A stretch of DNA of 32,000 nucleotides from a cyanobacterium endosymbiont of Braarudosphaera bigelowii (GCF_020885515.1 NZ_AP024987.1:90001-122000); one strand, 5' to 3'; positions 11,822 through 22,735 are shown, counted from the stretch's first letter. A program made the numbers and translations. The notes: generated by a model not told the origin, from the sequence alone.

Positions 11822-12925
11822 ATGGCTGAATCATATTTATTAAATAAATTATATTCTGTTGAACAAACTTTTAATGAATTAACTCGTAGGTTAGCTGATC
11901 CTAGTATTGCCACAGATCCAAGTGAATTACAAAAGGTTGCTAAAGCCCGTTCTTCTCTAGAAGAAACAGTCCATGCTTATGAAGAATGGAAACAAACTGA
12001 GAAAGAACTTTCGGAAACAAAGCAAATTGTAAAAGATGCTGGAGGAGATCACGAAATGAGAGAAATGGCATCTATGGAAGCTAAGGAATTAGAAATAAAA
12101 CTAAATAATTTAGAAGAGTTAATGAAAGTTCTTTTACTTCCTCGTGATCCGAATGATGATAAAAATATTATGTTAGAAATTAGAGCAGGTACTGGAGGAG
12201 ATGAAGCTGGTATTTGGGCTGGTGATTTGGCGAGAATGTATTCACGCTTTGCAGAATCTCAAAAGTGGCAAGTTAAATTAGTAAATGAATCTCTCGCTGA
12301 TATGGGCGGTATTAAGGAAACTATACTTGAGATAACTGGGGATAAAGTGTACAGTAAGTTGAAATTTGAAGCAGGAGTACATAGAGTCCAAAGGGTTCCA
12401 GTTACAGAAGCTGGTGGAAGAGTTCATACCTCGACAGCAACAGTAGCTATTATGCCAGAAGTAGATGAAGTAGAAATAGAAATTGATGCAAAAGATATAG
12501 ATATGAGTACAGCTCGATCTGGAGGTGCCGGAGGACAAAATGTTAATAAGGTTGAGACAGCTGTGGATTTATTTCATAAACCTACAGGTATTAGAATTTT
12601 TTGTACTGAAGAGAGATCACAATTGCAGAATAGAGAAAGAGCTATGCAAATCTTAAGAGCAAAATTATACGAAACTAAGCTAAGAGAACAGCAAGAGGAG
12701 ATAAGTTCAATAAGAAAATCTCAAGTAGGAACAGGTTCAAGATCAGAAAAAATTCGTACTTATAACTATAAAGACAATAGAGTAACAGATCACCGATTGG
12801 GACAGAATTTTGCTTTGTCAGGAATTTTAGAAGGTGATATTGATATTTTAATAGAATCATGTATATCCCAAGATCAACAAGAACGCTTACTAGAGCTAGC
12901 AGATTCTTCAGCAATGACAGAGTAA
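11822..12925 (+). CDS. prfA: Peptide chain release factor 1
   Basis: Contains the GGQ motif ([29 protein letters not shown]), [22 protein letters not shown] and [13 protein letters not shown]; 367 aa. Confidence 0.97.
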   Translation: MAESYLLNKLYSVEQTFNELTRRLADPSIATDPSELQKVAKARSSLEETVHAYEEWKQTEKELSETKQIVKDAGGDHEMREMASMEAKELEIKLNNLEELMKVLLLPRDPNDDKNIMLEIRAGTGGDEAGIWAGDLARMYSRFAESQKWQVKLVNESLADMGGIKETILEITGDKVYSKLKFEAGVHRVQRVPVTEAGGRVHTSTATVAIMPEVDEVEIEIDAKDIDMSTARSGGAGGQNVNKVETAVDLFHKPTGIRIFCTEERSQLQNRERAMQILRAKLYETKLREQQEEISSIRKSQVGTGSRSEKIRTYNYKDNRVTDHRLGQNFALSGILEGDIDILIESCISQDQQERLLELADSSAMTE

Positions 12926-13186
12926 CAGATTATCTACACTTTTTAAGTCACTAATCAATATTCATTTTTAAAATTTGGAGTAGATAAAAAAGCCAAAGTA
13001 GTAAATTGAAATATACATCATTTAATTCATGATTAAATAAAATATTAAGATAAGTACGTAAAACAAAATATTATTCAAAATTAATTGCTAAAAGTTTCAA
13101 AAATACTCAAAACTATGCCTTATCATAACAAAGGCTTGAATAAGTTTACAAAAGTAAAACTAATATATCTAAGAAGTTAAAAACTA

Positions 13187-14227
13187 TTAACTATGGTTTT
13201 TATTATTTCGATAATATTCATGAGTTAAGAAAGGTACTCGGAAAAGTTCTCCTCTAGTATTATTTACACTTACATGCAAATTAGCTTTTCCTATTTTTGC
13301 TTTAATGTAAGCTAAACCCCAAAAATCTTTATTTATCTGAATACAACTTGTTAAAACTCCGACTTTATCTCCATTTACATATATGGGATTAGGCACGTTA
13401 ATTAGTTGACTTAATTTTATACCCCACAAATATTGTTTTACGCCGTGATAAGTGTTCAGTCTCGCTATAGTCTCTTGACCAATATAACAACCCTTCTCAA
13501 AGGAAATCTTAGACCATAAACCTGCCTCTAAAGGATTATAAGTCTCAGTTAACTCATTATTAGGAAATGGTCTTCCCTGACGAATTCTTAATTTTTCCCA
13601 TACATTGTTACTAGCAGGTAAAAAATTACACCCTATAAGTTCTTTTAAAATTGTTTTTGCATAGTTTTTAGATGTGATTATTGTACATCCAGGAAGAGCT
13701 AAGCCATTATTTAAAGCAACTATTATACGGTTATTCTTTATGTTTAAGATACTATAAACATCAAGACGAGAATTAGATATATTCTTAAAATCACAGTTCC
13801 ATTTTTGTAATTTTTGAGCTACTTGGGGACCAACCAGACTAAAAACAGCATTTTCATGAGAAATATCTACTAATTGCACTTTGTCCATTGGGAAAATATA
13901 GCGTTCCATCCAATCTAGAAGAAGAGAACGCCGATTAGGAGAAACTAATAATAATATTTCATTTTCCATTATGTAAGCAGTAGCAAGATCTAAAGTTCTT
14001 CCAATAGAATTTATAAAAATAGTCTCACATAATTGTTTTGGTTTGAGATCTTTAATATTATTGGTAGATAGATTGTGTAGAAATTTTAATCTATCTTCTC
14101 CTGTAATTTTCAAAAGTCCCCAGTGACTCATATCAATCACTATTGCGTTGCTATATGCTTCTTGAAAAACATAATATTCATTGTTAAAATCTTTCTGAGA
14201 ACTATCTAGTTTTTGTAGCATAATCAA
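13187..14227 (-). CDS. ygfZ: YgfZ/GcvT-like folate-binding protein
   Basis: YgfZ signature in SKISFEKGCYIGQETIARLNTYHGVKQYL; GcvT-like fold in the N-terminal part. Confidence 0.85.
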   Translation of the reverse strand: MIMLQKLDSSQKDFNNEYYVFQEAYSNAIVIDMSHWGLLKITGEDRLKFLHNLSTNNIKDLKPKQLCETIFINSIGRTLDLATAYIMENEILLLVSPNRRSLLLDWMERYIFPMDKVQLVDISHENAVFSLVGPQVAQKLQKWNCDFKNISNSRLDVYSILNIKNNRIIVALNNGLALPGCTIITSKNYAKTILKELIGCNFLPASNNVWEKLRIRQGRPFPNNELTETYNPLEAGLWSKISFEKGCYIGQETIARLNTYHGVKQYLWGIKLSQLINVPNPIYVNGDKVGVLTSCIQINKDFWGLAYIKAKIGKANLHVSVNNTRGELFRVPFLTHEYYRNNKNHS

Positions 14228-14418
14228 TATTTTTATTATAGGTTTAACATATCATTAAACTTTGTTAACGCAATATGAGCGTAGTATTATTTATATCTGA
14301 ATTTTACTAATTAGATCAACTTATATAAGTGAAAATTTGTGGTAAGTGTTGAGATTAACTGTATGTCATGTCAAATTTAGTAATTAAGTATTAAATAAAA
14401 TTACCAATGTTTTTAAAA

Positions 14419-15153
14419 CTAGGGCATCCATTCTAATAAAATACTTACTTGACTATCCTTTTTTACTCGTGAATTTTGTTTTTTTATTTCGGTTGATAAA
14501 CGCATATTTGATGTTACTGCATAACCAAAAGATAAATTAATAACCCCTACTTCATCGGTACTTCCAGGAGATAAAAATGTCTGAGTTATCGAAATATCAG
14601 ATGCTCCAGACCTGGATAAGGCAATAATTAATTTTCCTCCAATATTTAGGCCGTCTTCACTATAATTATTTGTGCTAACAGTTCTATAACCTAAAAGTGG
14701 AGCAACATTAAAATAATATCCTAGAGGCAATAAATAATATTGTAAATCTATACCTCCTGCATCCCTTTTCGTAAAAGAGGTCTGATAATCGCCACTTATG
14801 CTAAGGCCTTTCTTCCCAAAAAAAATATCTTGTGCTTTAACAATAAAGCCACCATCATGCTGATTAGACGGAAATTCGGAATAACCTAGTCCAATACGAG
14901 TTTTAAAACTAGGATTATATTTAATTTCCTCTAAAATATTCGGAATTTCTTTAGTCCATCGTTGTAAAACCTTACTGCTATTAACTATTTCTGAAGATAA
15001 ACCAAGGGACTGATTAATCGAATCATTAAGATCTAAATTAGAGTTAGGATAAATATCCTGACCGTAAATTTTTTTATTAAATGAACTAAATAAAATTAGA
15101 AAAGTAATGATAATGAAGAAATTCAATTTAAATAATATTTTATTGCTCCTCAT
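14419..15153 (-). CDS. Conserved hypothetical secreted/outer-membrane-type protein
   Basis: ORF with a signal-peptide-like N-terminus (MRSNKILFKLNFFIIITFLILFSSFNKKIYGQ). The downstream sequence has alternating beta-type strands. I prefer the inner Met at 15153 over the supplied start at 15198. Confidence 0.55.
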   Translation of the reverse strand: MRSNKILFKLNFFIIITFLILFSSFNKKIYGQDIYPNSNLDLNDSINQSLGLSSEIVNSSKVLQRWTKEIPNILEEIKYNPSFKTRIGLGYSEFPSNQHDGGFIVKAQDIFFGKKGLSISGDYQTSFTKRDAGGIDLQYYLLPLGYYFNVAPLLGYRTVSTNNYSEDGLNIGGKLIIALSRSGASDISITQTFLSPGSTDEVGVINLSFGYAVTSNMRLSTEIKKQNSRVKKDSQVSILLEWMP

Positions 15154-15213
15154 AGTCAAATAAATATTATTTACTAAGTTAAATCTAGAATTACACATCT
15201 TAAATACAAATAT

Positions 15214-15693
15214 TTAATTTAAATGTTTAATCGAGTCAAATGAAAAATTGCCAACCGTCGTCAAAATAATTTGACGACTTATATCACTAATATAGAAAAA
15301 ATCTATTTTTAGGTAGTTAAGAGGAAGATAAGATAGCCTTTCTGGCCATTCAATAACAGTTATACCAGGTGAGATATCTTGTTCTTCCCAATATTGTTCC
15401 AGAAATAAATCTTCCACCATATTTTTTTCAGTTCGATATAAATCGAGATGATAGAGAGGTAAATGGCCTTGATAGTATTCGTTAATTAGAATAAAAGTAG
15501 GGCTAACAATAGGATCAATAATACCTAATCCTTTGCCTATTCCTTGGACAAAAGTAGTTTTTCCTGCTCCTAAATCACCTGTTAATAGTAAGGTACTATT
15601 TTCAGGTAGAATTTTTCCTAATTGTTCACCAAAATCTAAGGTGCCTTGATAACTTTCTAAAACTATGGATTTATGGTTAATTCTTTTTTCCAT
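15214..15693 (-). CDS. tsaE: tRNA threonylcarbamoyladenosine biosynthesis ATPase TsaE
   Basis: Walker A LLLTGDLGAGKTTFVQGIGKGLGI, followed by VSPTFILINEY and PLYHLDLYR. Confidence 0.93.
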   Translation of the reverse strand: MEKRINHKSIVLESYQGTLDFGEQLGKILPENSTLLLTGDLGAGKTTFVQGIGKGLGIIDPIVSPTFILINEYYQGHLPLYHLDLYRTEKNMVEDLFLEQYWEEQDISPGITVIEWPERLSYLPLNYLKIDFFYISDISRQIILTTVGNFSFDSIKHLN

Positions 15694-15699
15694 ATAAAT

Positions 15700-16668
15700 T
15701 TAACCAATAGATTTTAATTTTATTGACTTATTTTGTTCAATATGTCTTGGTATGCTGCATGTCATAAAATCACGGGCAAGAATAGTATCCGGAAAAATAG
15801 CTTTTGCTTCACTTAGTAAATCACTTAATTGTAAACTGTTTCCTGGCGCATAACGAGGGCTGAAATGAGTAAGTATCAACTTTTTAACTTTTGCACCTAA
15901 GGCAACTTGTGCAGCCATTGTTGAAGTAGAATGTAGACGTTCAAACGCAAGTTGGGAATCTTGATGAGCAAATGTTGCTTCATGAATTAAAATGTCAGCA
16001 TCTTTAGCCAACTCGACTGCTTCTTCGCAAAATATTGTATCTGTACAATAAATTAGTTTGCGTCCTTTCTCTGTTTTACCACATAAATCTTGTCCTCTAA
16101 TTGAGCGACCATCATCTAATTTAATGATTTTTCCCTGTTTTAACTCACCATAGATTGGTCCAGGAGGAATACCCAAAGAAACAGCTTTTTTTATATCGAA
16201 ACGTCCAGGACGATCTTTTTCCACGACACAATATCCAAAAGCCGGTATGCGATGTTTCAAGAGTCTGCAATCAACAGTAAATTCGTCATCTTCGTAAAGA
16301 ATTCCTGAACTGATCTCATTAACACGAATACCATATGGCAGTTTGAAATGAGAATATTGTGCACAAGATCTTAAATAATTATCTAATTCTTGAGGACCAT
16401 AGATTTGAATAGGCTGTCGATTGCCTGCTAAATTACAACTAGCTATTAATCCCAACAGGCCATAAATATGGTCTCCATGCATGTGAGTAATAAAAATTTT
16501 AGTTATTTGAGAAGCTTTGACATCACTTCGTAACAATTGATGCTGAGTTCCCTCTCCGCAGTCAAACAACCAAACTTCTCCTCTTTGAGGAAGGCGCAAA
16601 GCTACGCTTGAGACATTACGTGATCGGGTTGGTACACCAGAACTAGTTCCTAAAAAGGTTATCTCCAC
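15700..16668 (-). CDS. rnz: Ribonuclease Z
   Basis: MEITFLGTSSGVPTRSRNVSS, metal site THMHGDHIYGL, HEATFAHQD, LILTHFSPRY. Confidence 0.95.
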   Translation of the reverse strand: MEITFLGTSSGVPTRSRNVSSVALRLPQRGEVWLFDCGEGTQHQLLRSDVKASQITKIFITHMHGDHIYGLLGLIASCNLAGNRQPIQIYGPQELDNYLRSCAQYSHFKLPYGIRVNEISSGILYEDDEFTVDCRLLKHRIPAFGYCVVEKDRPGRFDIKKAVSLGIPPGPIYGELKQGKIIKLDDGRSIRGQDLCGKTEKGRKLIYCTDTIFCEEAVELAKDADILIHEATFAHQDSQLAFERLHSTSTMAAQVALGAKVKKLILTHFSPRYAPGNSLQLSDLLSEAKAIFPDTILARDFMTCSIPRHIEQNKSIKLKSIG

Positions 16669-16781
16669 AGTTAGTTTGTATTATTTATATACTCTTACTA
16701 ATGTTACATAGTAAAATCAAAAAAAGAACCAATTCTTAAAAAAATATGCATACTTAATTTTTAAGAACAGATAACTAATAT

Positions 16782-18161
16782 CTATTCCAAGAGTGTTCTA
16801 ACTGTACCATCCGGAATTAATACAAGACGAATTGATTGATTATGCAACGTTTTTAACGGGGAAACAAAGGGGGAACCAATCTCTGGAAATTCCACTTGAG
16901 AACGATAGACCATTGCTAAATGTCCTAGAGGAATACTTTTTTTCAAAGAGCCGTTATTTTCGATAATTAAGCGATATTCTATTGCTTGTTCCAAATTTTC
17001 TAAAGGCTTCCATCTTTCTTGGAAATATTTTTGAATTTCATCAAGCTGAGCAACAGTATTAGATGGTTTATTCATTTTTTTGTCTTCTGAATGTAAGAAA
17101 TTATCAGATTTATCTGTTTTTTTAAAAACTCTTCTTGCAACTAAAGTTTCTTTATTTAATATTGGTGGAGTAGGTAATCTAGAGTATTGTGATGATGTCT
17201 TAGAATAAGATAAAGGATTAATATTACTAGAATTATTAGCATTATTTTCATTAATATTTTCATCAATTGGTAACATATTCTCTTGAAAAGAAGAGTGTGA
17301 TGAATTTTTCAATGGGGATTGGATTGCCAAAGAATTAAATTTGTTTAGCGGCAGTATTGACTCAATAATTTCTTCAGGAGGTGATAATGTAGATATTTCA
17401 GATAATGATGGTGGCAAAGATGGAGAAGGCAAGGAAGGTTTGGGTAGTGGAGGAACAGGAGGAACAACGTCTAAGAATGAAAGGATATTCTTTTGAGATT
17501 TTACTGGTTTCTCTTTATATACATGTTTTGATTTTAATATTCTATTGATCTTAATTCCAGTAACGAAAAAAACAATAAATATAGATATAATTATTATTTT
17601 TTTATTGAAAGTAAAAAATTGACTGTTGAAGTAAGTTTCTTTTCGACTTGTTAATTTAGTTATATTATGAATATATTTTTCTAAAGCATATAAAAGATCA
17701 AATAATTGACAAGAATTAAGTGTAATGAATGAGCAAGTGTGATTATTTGCTAAATATCCAAAAACAAGATTATGAGTAAATAAATTATCGGAGAACAGAT
17801 AAGGATCTAATTTAGAATTGTTTTTGCTCGATCCTTTAATATTGGGATTAATTGATGAATAACAATGTATTGAGCTGTTTTGCTTATTATCAGAAATTAT
17901 AAAGGAAGAAGTATAGTTAAGATTTCTATTTATGTAAGACTGAACAGTATCGTATAGTGACCTTAGTTGAGAGTGATTGCCTGAAATACTCATCTGGTCC
18001 TCTACTAAAAGTTTAGGATCATCAAATAGTAACTCAAATTCAATATCGTCCAATAATATCGGCTTTTGCAAACGACGTAGAAAAGAGCGCTTATCCCATA
18101 TTTTTAAAGTACAGGTGGGTGGCGTAAAGGTTTGTAAAAGGTTATTACTCAACAATATCAT
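16782..18161 (-). CDS. DUF4335-like cyanobacterial protein with TM segment and proline-rich linker
   Basis: The N-terminus (FTPPTCTLKIWDKRSFLRRLQKPILLDDIEFELLFDDP) resembles the cyanobacterial DUF4335 family. It has one TM (IIIISIFIVFFVTGI), a Pro/Ser-rich linker (VVPPVPPLPKPSLPSPSLPPS) and a globular C-terminus ending IPDGTVRTLLE. It is adjacent to a DUF3038-like gene. Confidence 0.7.
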   Translation of the reverse strand: MILLSNNLLQTFTPPTCTLKIWDKRSFLRRLQKPILLDDIEFELLFDDPKLLVEDQMSISGNHSQLRSLYDTVQSYINRNLNYTSSFIISDNKQNSSIHCYSSINPNIKGSSKNNSKLDPYLFSDNLFTHNLVFGYLANNHTCSFITLNSCQLFDLLYALEKYIHNITKLTSRKETYFNSQFFTFNKKIIIISIFIVFFVTGIKINRILKSKHVYKEKPVKSQKNILSFLDVVPPVPPLPKPSLPSPSLPPSLSEISTLSPPEEIIESILPLNKFNSLAIQSPLKNSSHSSFQENMLPIDENINENNANNSSNINPLSYSKTSSQYSRLPTPPILNKETLVARRVFKKTDKSDNFLHSEDKKMNKPSNTVAQLDEIQKYFQERWKPLENLEQAIEYRLIIENNGSLKKSIPLGHLAMVYRSQVEFPEIGSPFVSPLKTLHNQSIRLVLIPDGTVRTLLE

Positions 18162-18759
18162 GAAGGTTTTGAATAGAATTTAACGAGCTATAGTTTAATG
18201 AGGTTAACCACAAACGAATATATCCATTATCTGAACTGTAAAACAATAAGTCTAATAATAGCTTGGAAGCAAATTGAAATTCTTCTTCAATGGATAGTTT
18301 CTTGGTTCCTTTCATCTTACAATTATAATAGTAATTAAAATTACTAAAGTATTTACCAAGTAATTTACTCTCTTTTGGGTCTTTATTTTGCTCGGTCATT
18401 TGTTCAAGTAAAGTAACTGCTCTTCGGATTAATTCCTGATGTTGCCCAATAACATAACATATAAGAATTATTGACAATCTTGTTTGTCTCGCAGTGCAAC
18501 CTTTCAAGAAGTCTCGAGATTCTTTAATATCTTGATTAGACCACAGTTTAATTTCTTTTGATAAGTATGTATTAATTCCTAGATCCAAAGAAGATCTAAA
18601 TATTGTGTCTGCAGTAATAGGAATTAAGGACTCACTAGCTAGCAAAACTATATCTAAATAAACATGAATATAGCTAAGTTTTTCAGTGATAGAGAACTTA
18701 CTTAAGGGTTCATTTACCCAACGGTCTATTATGACAGAATTAGTAATAATTAAAGACAT
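18145..18759 (-). CDS. DUF3038-like cyanobacterial protein
   Basis: 204 aa. Its sequence, and its position immediately upstream of the DUF4335-like gene with a 17-nt overlap, match the conserved cyanobacterial pair. Confidence 0.65.
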   Translation of the reverse strand: MSLIITNSVIIDRWVNEPLSKFSITEKLSYIHVYLDIVLLASESLIPITADTIFRSSLDLGINTYLSKEIKLWSNQDIKESRDFLKGCTARQTRLSIILICYVIGQHQELIRRAVTLLEQMTEQNKDPKESKLLGKYFSNFNYYYNCKMKGTKKLSIEEEFQFASKLLLDLLFYSSDNGYIRLWLTSLNYSSLNSIQNLHDIVE

Positions 18760-19071
18760 ATAATATTTTTCGAACTAAATTGACTATTAAATCTTACAAA
18801 CAATTATTCTTGACAAGAATAATTTAAACGAATTCAAAAATAATTTGCACTTAACTCTAAAAAACAAAATAAAAACATATTAATATTTTCTTTAAATCAA
18901 TTTAACTATAAGATATTTGTTTTTATATTAACCAGGAAAGAAAGATACTCTATTTTTAATTTATGGACAATATACATATTTTCCAAAATAGAAATTTCAA
19001 TATCTTCGCCTATCTTCATTTAACATTGATAGAATATGAAGTAATGACAAATTTCCAGAACTATAATATCT

Positions 19072-20448
19072 ATGAAAATAACCCAGGAAAAACTTCCTAA
19101 CAGTCAAATCGGTTTAGAAATTGAAATCCCTGCCGAAACCGCTAAGAAAGCTTATGAAATCAAGATTGACACTTTGGCCCGTACCGCCAACATTCCTGGG
19201 TTTCGAAAAGGGAAAGTACCTCGTACTATTCTTTTACAACGTTTAGGCAATCGCTACGTTAAAGCAACCACTTTAGAAGAATTAGTACAAGATAGCTTAA
19301 AGAAAGCTATCGACAAAGAATCTATAAAGGCTATAGGTAACTATACTCTACAAGACAATTTAGATAAGTTAATTGATGAATTTCAACCTGGACAGCCTTT
19401 TACATTTTCAGCCCGAATAGATGTTCCTCCTTCAGTTGAACTAGGAATGTATAAAGAATTATCTATAAAGGCAGAAGAAAAAAATTATGATATAGAACAA
19501 GTTGAAAATTGGTTGAAAGAACGTCGAGAAAAACTAGCGACTTTAGTTCCTATTGAGGATCGCCATTCCCAAATGGGTGATGTAGCTATAGTTGACTACA
19601 AAGGTTTTCTAATCTCTGAAGGAATAGTAGCAGAACAACCAATTGAAGGCGTAGAGGGAAAAGATTTTCGCGTTGACCTCGAAAAGGGAAAATTTATTGA
19701 GGGAATGGTTGAGGGATTACTAGAAATGAAACCTGGAGAGTCTAAGGAATTACCATTAGTTTTTCCAGATGACTATCCTAGAGAAGATTTAGCTAAAAAA
19801 TCTGTTAATTTTGCTATCAAGCTAAAAGAACTAAAAGCCAAAGAATTACCTGAATTAGACGATGACTTTGCTGATGAAGTTAGCGAATTTGAAACCATAA
19901 GTCAATTACAAGAATCTCTAGAAAAACAATTTATCGAATCTGCTAAGTCAGAAACTCAAAGTAATATCCATAATGCAATTACAGAAGAGCTAAATAAAAA
20001 CTGTACTGTAGATCTCCCTGATACTTTAGTGCAAGAGGAAATTACTAAGCTTTTAACGCAAACAGCAATGAAAATGGAAGAAATGGGAGTTGACTTAGCA
20101 GAAGTCTTTAACCAGGAAAATTTACCTAACTTGAGAAAAAATGCTCATCCCGAAGCTGTAGAAAGACTTAAAAAAATTCTTATTCTTAAAGAAATAGCTT
20201 CCATTGAAGCTATTACAGTAGAAGAGGAAGAAATTGAAAAGAAAAATAATGAGTTTAAAGAAAAGCTCAAGGGGCAAAATATTGACCTTGACAAATTATA
20301 TGTGACAGTAAAAGAACAACTGATGGTCGAAAAAACTTTAAATTGGTTACAAGAAAAATCAACAATTGAACTATGTGAATCGGGCAGTTTAGAGATAAAA
20401 AATAAAGATGACTTAGATACTACTGAAGAGATAATGTCGGAAGTTTAA
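19072..20448 (+). CDS. tig: Trigger factor
   Basis: N-terminal ribosome-binding region VEIPAETAKKAYEIKIDTLARTANIPGFRKGKVPRTILLQRLG; PPIase segment QMGDVAIVDYKGF; 458 aa. Confidence 0.96.
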   Translation: MKITQEKLPNSQIGLEIEIPAETAKKAYEIKIDTLARTANIPGFRKGKVPRTILLQRLGNRYVKATTLEELVQDSLKKAIDKESIKAIGNYTLQDNLDKLIDEFQPGQPFTFSARIDVPPSVELGMYKELSIKAEEKNYDIEQVENWLKERREKLATLVPIEDRHSQMGDVAIVDYKGFLISEGIVAEQPIEGVEGKDFRVDLEKGKFIEGMVEGLLEMKPGESKELPLVFPDDYPREDLAKKSVNFAIKLKELKAKELPELDDDFADEVSEFETISQLQESLEKQFIESAKSETQSNIHNAITEELNKNCTVDLPDTLVQEEITKLLTQTAMKMEEMGVDLAEVFNQENLPNLRKNAHPEAVERLKKILILKEIASIEAITVEEEEIEKKNNEFKEKLKGQNIDLDKLYVTVKEQLMVEKTLNWLQEKSTIELCESGSLEIKNKDDLDTTEEIMSEV

Positions 20449-20513
20449 TTTTTTATAACTATACATATTGTAGAGGTATTAATAATATTATCCTCTACTA
20501 CTTAGTATTCGCT

Positions 20514-20537
20514 AAAAAACTTATACACAAGTTTTTT
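20514..20537 (+). terminator. Candidate intrinsic terminator downstream of tig
   Basis: AAAAAACTT-ATACAC-AAGTTTTTT, a 9-bp stem ending in a T6 run. It is preceded by a second hairpin, GTAGAGG(20470-20476)/CCTCTAC(20492-20498). Confidence 0.7.
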
Positions 20538-20915
20538 ATATGAAAGAAATGTAGTTCATTAAAAATCTAAAAATAACTACTATGAAGATTAACTGTTAGA
20601 TGTCTTAATTATAATAATTTTTGTTTAAAGTTATTATAATCAATAATATTTAACATATTATGTTAAATATTAATATTTCTATGAAAAAATTATCTGATTG
20701 ATGAAATTACGTAACTGTTTGATCTACTGATTAATCTTTCCTTATGTTGTCTTTCAAAACAAAAGTATATTTACAATACTCTATATAAACTTTATTTGTT
20801 TTTAATACGGTTTATAGATTTTTATTCTTAATGATACTTAAAAGCTATAGTTATAAGTTTTATGAGAGAATAACGTACATTAAAAGTATAATTTATAATA
20901 GGACCTCTATTTAGA

Positions 20916-21380
20916 ATGTTTACAACTAACTCAATTTCTGAAACCTCTGATATTACTGACAATGACTATTGTGTATTTGGATTAGCCACTTGCTTTTTAA
21001 AAAATGATGGAGAATTCGATAAAATTCAGATTATTGAACCTATTCCGTCATCAGCACTAGAAATACTTCTTAAAGGTATTCCAACTTCTTACGAACTTAT
21101 TTGTGCCATGCCTATTGGAAGCATTATAAAGGATAAATCATTGACAAAAACTGTAGATTTTCCTGAAAAGGCAAAATTTTGTGATCTATTTATTGAACGT
21201 ACTGCTGCTGCTGTAAGGACATATAAAAGGAATTCTCATATTTGTTCTCAGTTTTCTTTAGGAAGTATTAAGAAAGATCTAAATTTTTCTTTAGAAAAGA
21301 AGAGAGTGTTGAATACAATACATTCAGTTACGGTAGAAGATAATGTTAAACAACATTCTCATACTCATGCTACCCTCTAA
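20916..21380 (+). CDS. Conserved hypothetical protein (cyanobacterial-type)
   Basis: 154-aa uninterrupted ORF in a largely AT-rich region, with plausible codon usage and a His-rich C-terminus (KQHSHTHATL). No domain recognised. Confidence 0.6.
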   Translation: MFTTNSISETSDITDNDYCVFGLATCFLKNDGEFDKIQIIEPIPSSALEILLKGIPTSYELICAMPIGSIIKDKSLTKTVDFPEKAKFCDLFIERTAAAVRTYKRNSHICSQFSLGSIKKDLNFSLEKKRVLNTIHSVTVEDNVKQHSHTHATL

Positions 21381-21391
21381 GTCATAAAATA

Positions 21392-22735
21392 TTAATTTGA
21401 TATTTCTCCGGTTAAGCTAAAGGGGCGGGATTCCGTTATTTTGACATTTACCAATTGACCCCTGAGACTATTAATATTTCCCTGAAAAAAAGTCAGCCTA
21501 TTTTTTCTTGTTCTTCCCATTACTTGATTATTTTCTTTAGGATTTTCTTGTTCTACTAAAATTTCTTCTATTTTTCCCAGATATTTTTGAGAATTCTGGG
21601 CTGCTTTTTGTCCTACTAGATGGTTAAGTCTTTGTAGTCGATCACTTTTAGTATTATCGTCTATTTGTTCATTCCATTTAGCAGCAGGGGTACCAGGACG
21701 AGGAGAATATGCTGCAGTATTCAATTGATCAAATCCAATATCCTCTACTAGTTGTAAGGTATTCTGAAATTGTTGTTCTGTTTCTCCGGGAAATCCTACT
21801 ATTGCATCAGCAGTGATAGAAGCATTAGGCATATAAGATCTGATTGTATTGACCAACTGCCTGTATCTTTGATGTGTATACCCTCTCTTCATTTCTTTTA
21901 AAATATCATTATCACCTGATTGAAAAGGTATGTGAAAATGCTCGCAAATTTTTGGTAACTCGTAACATGCACGAATTAATCTTTCTGTAAAATATCGAGG
22001 ATGACTTGTCGCAAATCTAATCCTTTTAATATTAGAGACTTCATGAACTTTATATAGCAAATCTGTAAAAGTATGTTGATGTCTTCCTGTCTCAGTTGTT
22101 CCAGGTAAATCTCTCCCGTAAGCATCAATATTCTGGCCTAATAGGGTAATCTCTTTATATCCTTGTTGTTCTAGTAATTTAATTTCAGAACAAATATCCT
22201 CAGGAGTACGAGACTGTTCTATTCCTCTAACATTAGGAACAACACAATAGCTACATCTCTCATTACAACCATATATAATATTTACCCATGCTGTTATTTT
22301 ACTAGTTCTACGGGGTTTTGTAATATCTTCAATAATATGAATAGGTTCAGTCGCGACAACTTGATTACCTTTAAGTACTTGTTCTAGTAAGTCTCCAAGA
22401 CAATTAACATGTTGTGGTCCCATAACCAGATCGAGCTCAGGAATTCTCCTAAGTATCTTTTCTCCTTCTTGTTGAGCAACACAGCCCGCAACAGCAAGAA
22501 GTAAGTTGGGATCTTTATGCTTACGCTTAGCTTGTTTTCCTAGGTAAGAATAGACTTTTTGTTCAGCGTTATCCCTAATCGTACAAGTATTATACAAAAT
22601 TAAATTTGCTTGATCGGGGTCATCTGACCATTCGAAACCCATATCTTCTAAAATACCTGCCATACGTTCTGAATCAGCTTTATTCATCTGACAACCAAAA
22701 GTAACAATATGGTAGTAGCGTAAATTAGACATCAT
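21392..22735 (-). CDS. miaB: tRNA-2-methylthio-N6-dimethylallyladenosine synthase MiaB
   Basis: MTTase N-terminus [26 protein letters not shown], radical-SAM CxxxCxxC in [22 protein letters not shown], and a C-terminal TRAM-like region. Confidence 0.95.
   Translation of the reverse strand: MMSNLRYYHIVTFGCQMNKADSERMAGILEDMGFEWSDDPDQANLILYNTCTIRDNAEQKVYSYLGKQAKRKHKDPNLLLAVAGCVAQQEGEKILRRIPELDLVMGPQHVNCLGDLLEQVLKGNQVVATEPIHIIEDITKPRRTSKITAWVNIIYGCNERCSYCVVPNVRGIEQSRTPEDICSEIKLLEQQGYKEITLLGQNIDAYGRDLPGTTETGRHQHTFTDLLYKVHEVSNIKRIRFATSHPRYFTERLIRACYELPKICEHFHIPFQSGDNDILKEMKRGYTHQRYRQLVNTIRSYMPNASITADAIVGFPGETEQQFQNTLQLVEDIGFDQLNTAAYSPRPGTPAAKWNEQIDDNTKSDRLQRLNHLVGQKAAQNSQKYLGKIEEILVEQENPKENNQVMGRTRKNRLTFFQGNINSLRGQLVNVKITESRPFSLTGEISN

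Noticed and set aside
12278-12914. Minus-strand ORFs in prfA (12278..12538 and 12675..12914)
   Set aside because: prfA is intact across the region, and these ORFs have no recognisable domains.
17977-18183. + strand ORF 17977..18183 and 24030..24227 minus ORF
   Set aside because: Antisense to the DUF4335-like and SpoIID-domain genes respectively; no supporting evidence.
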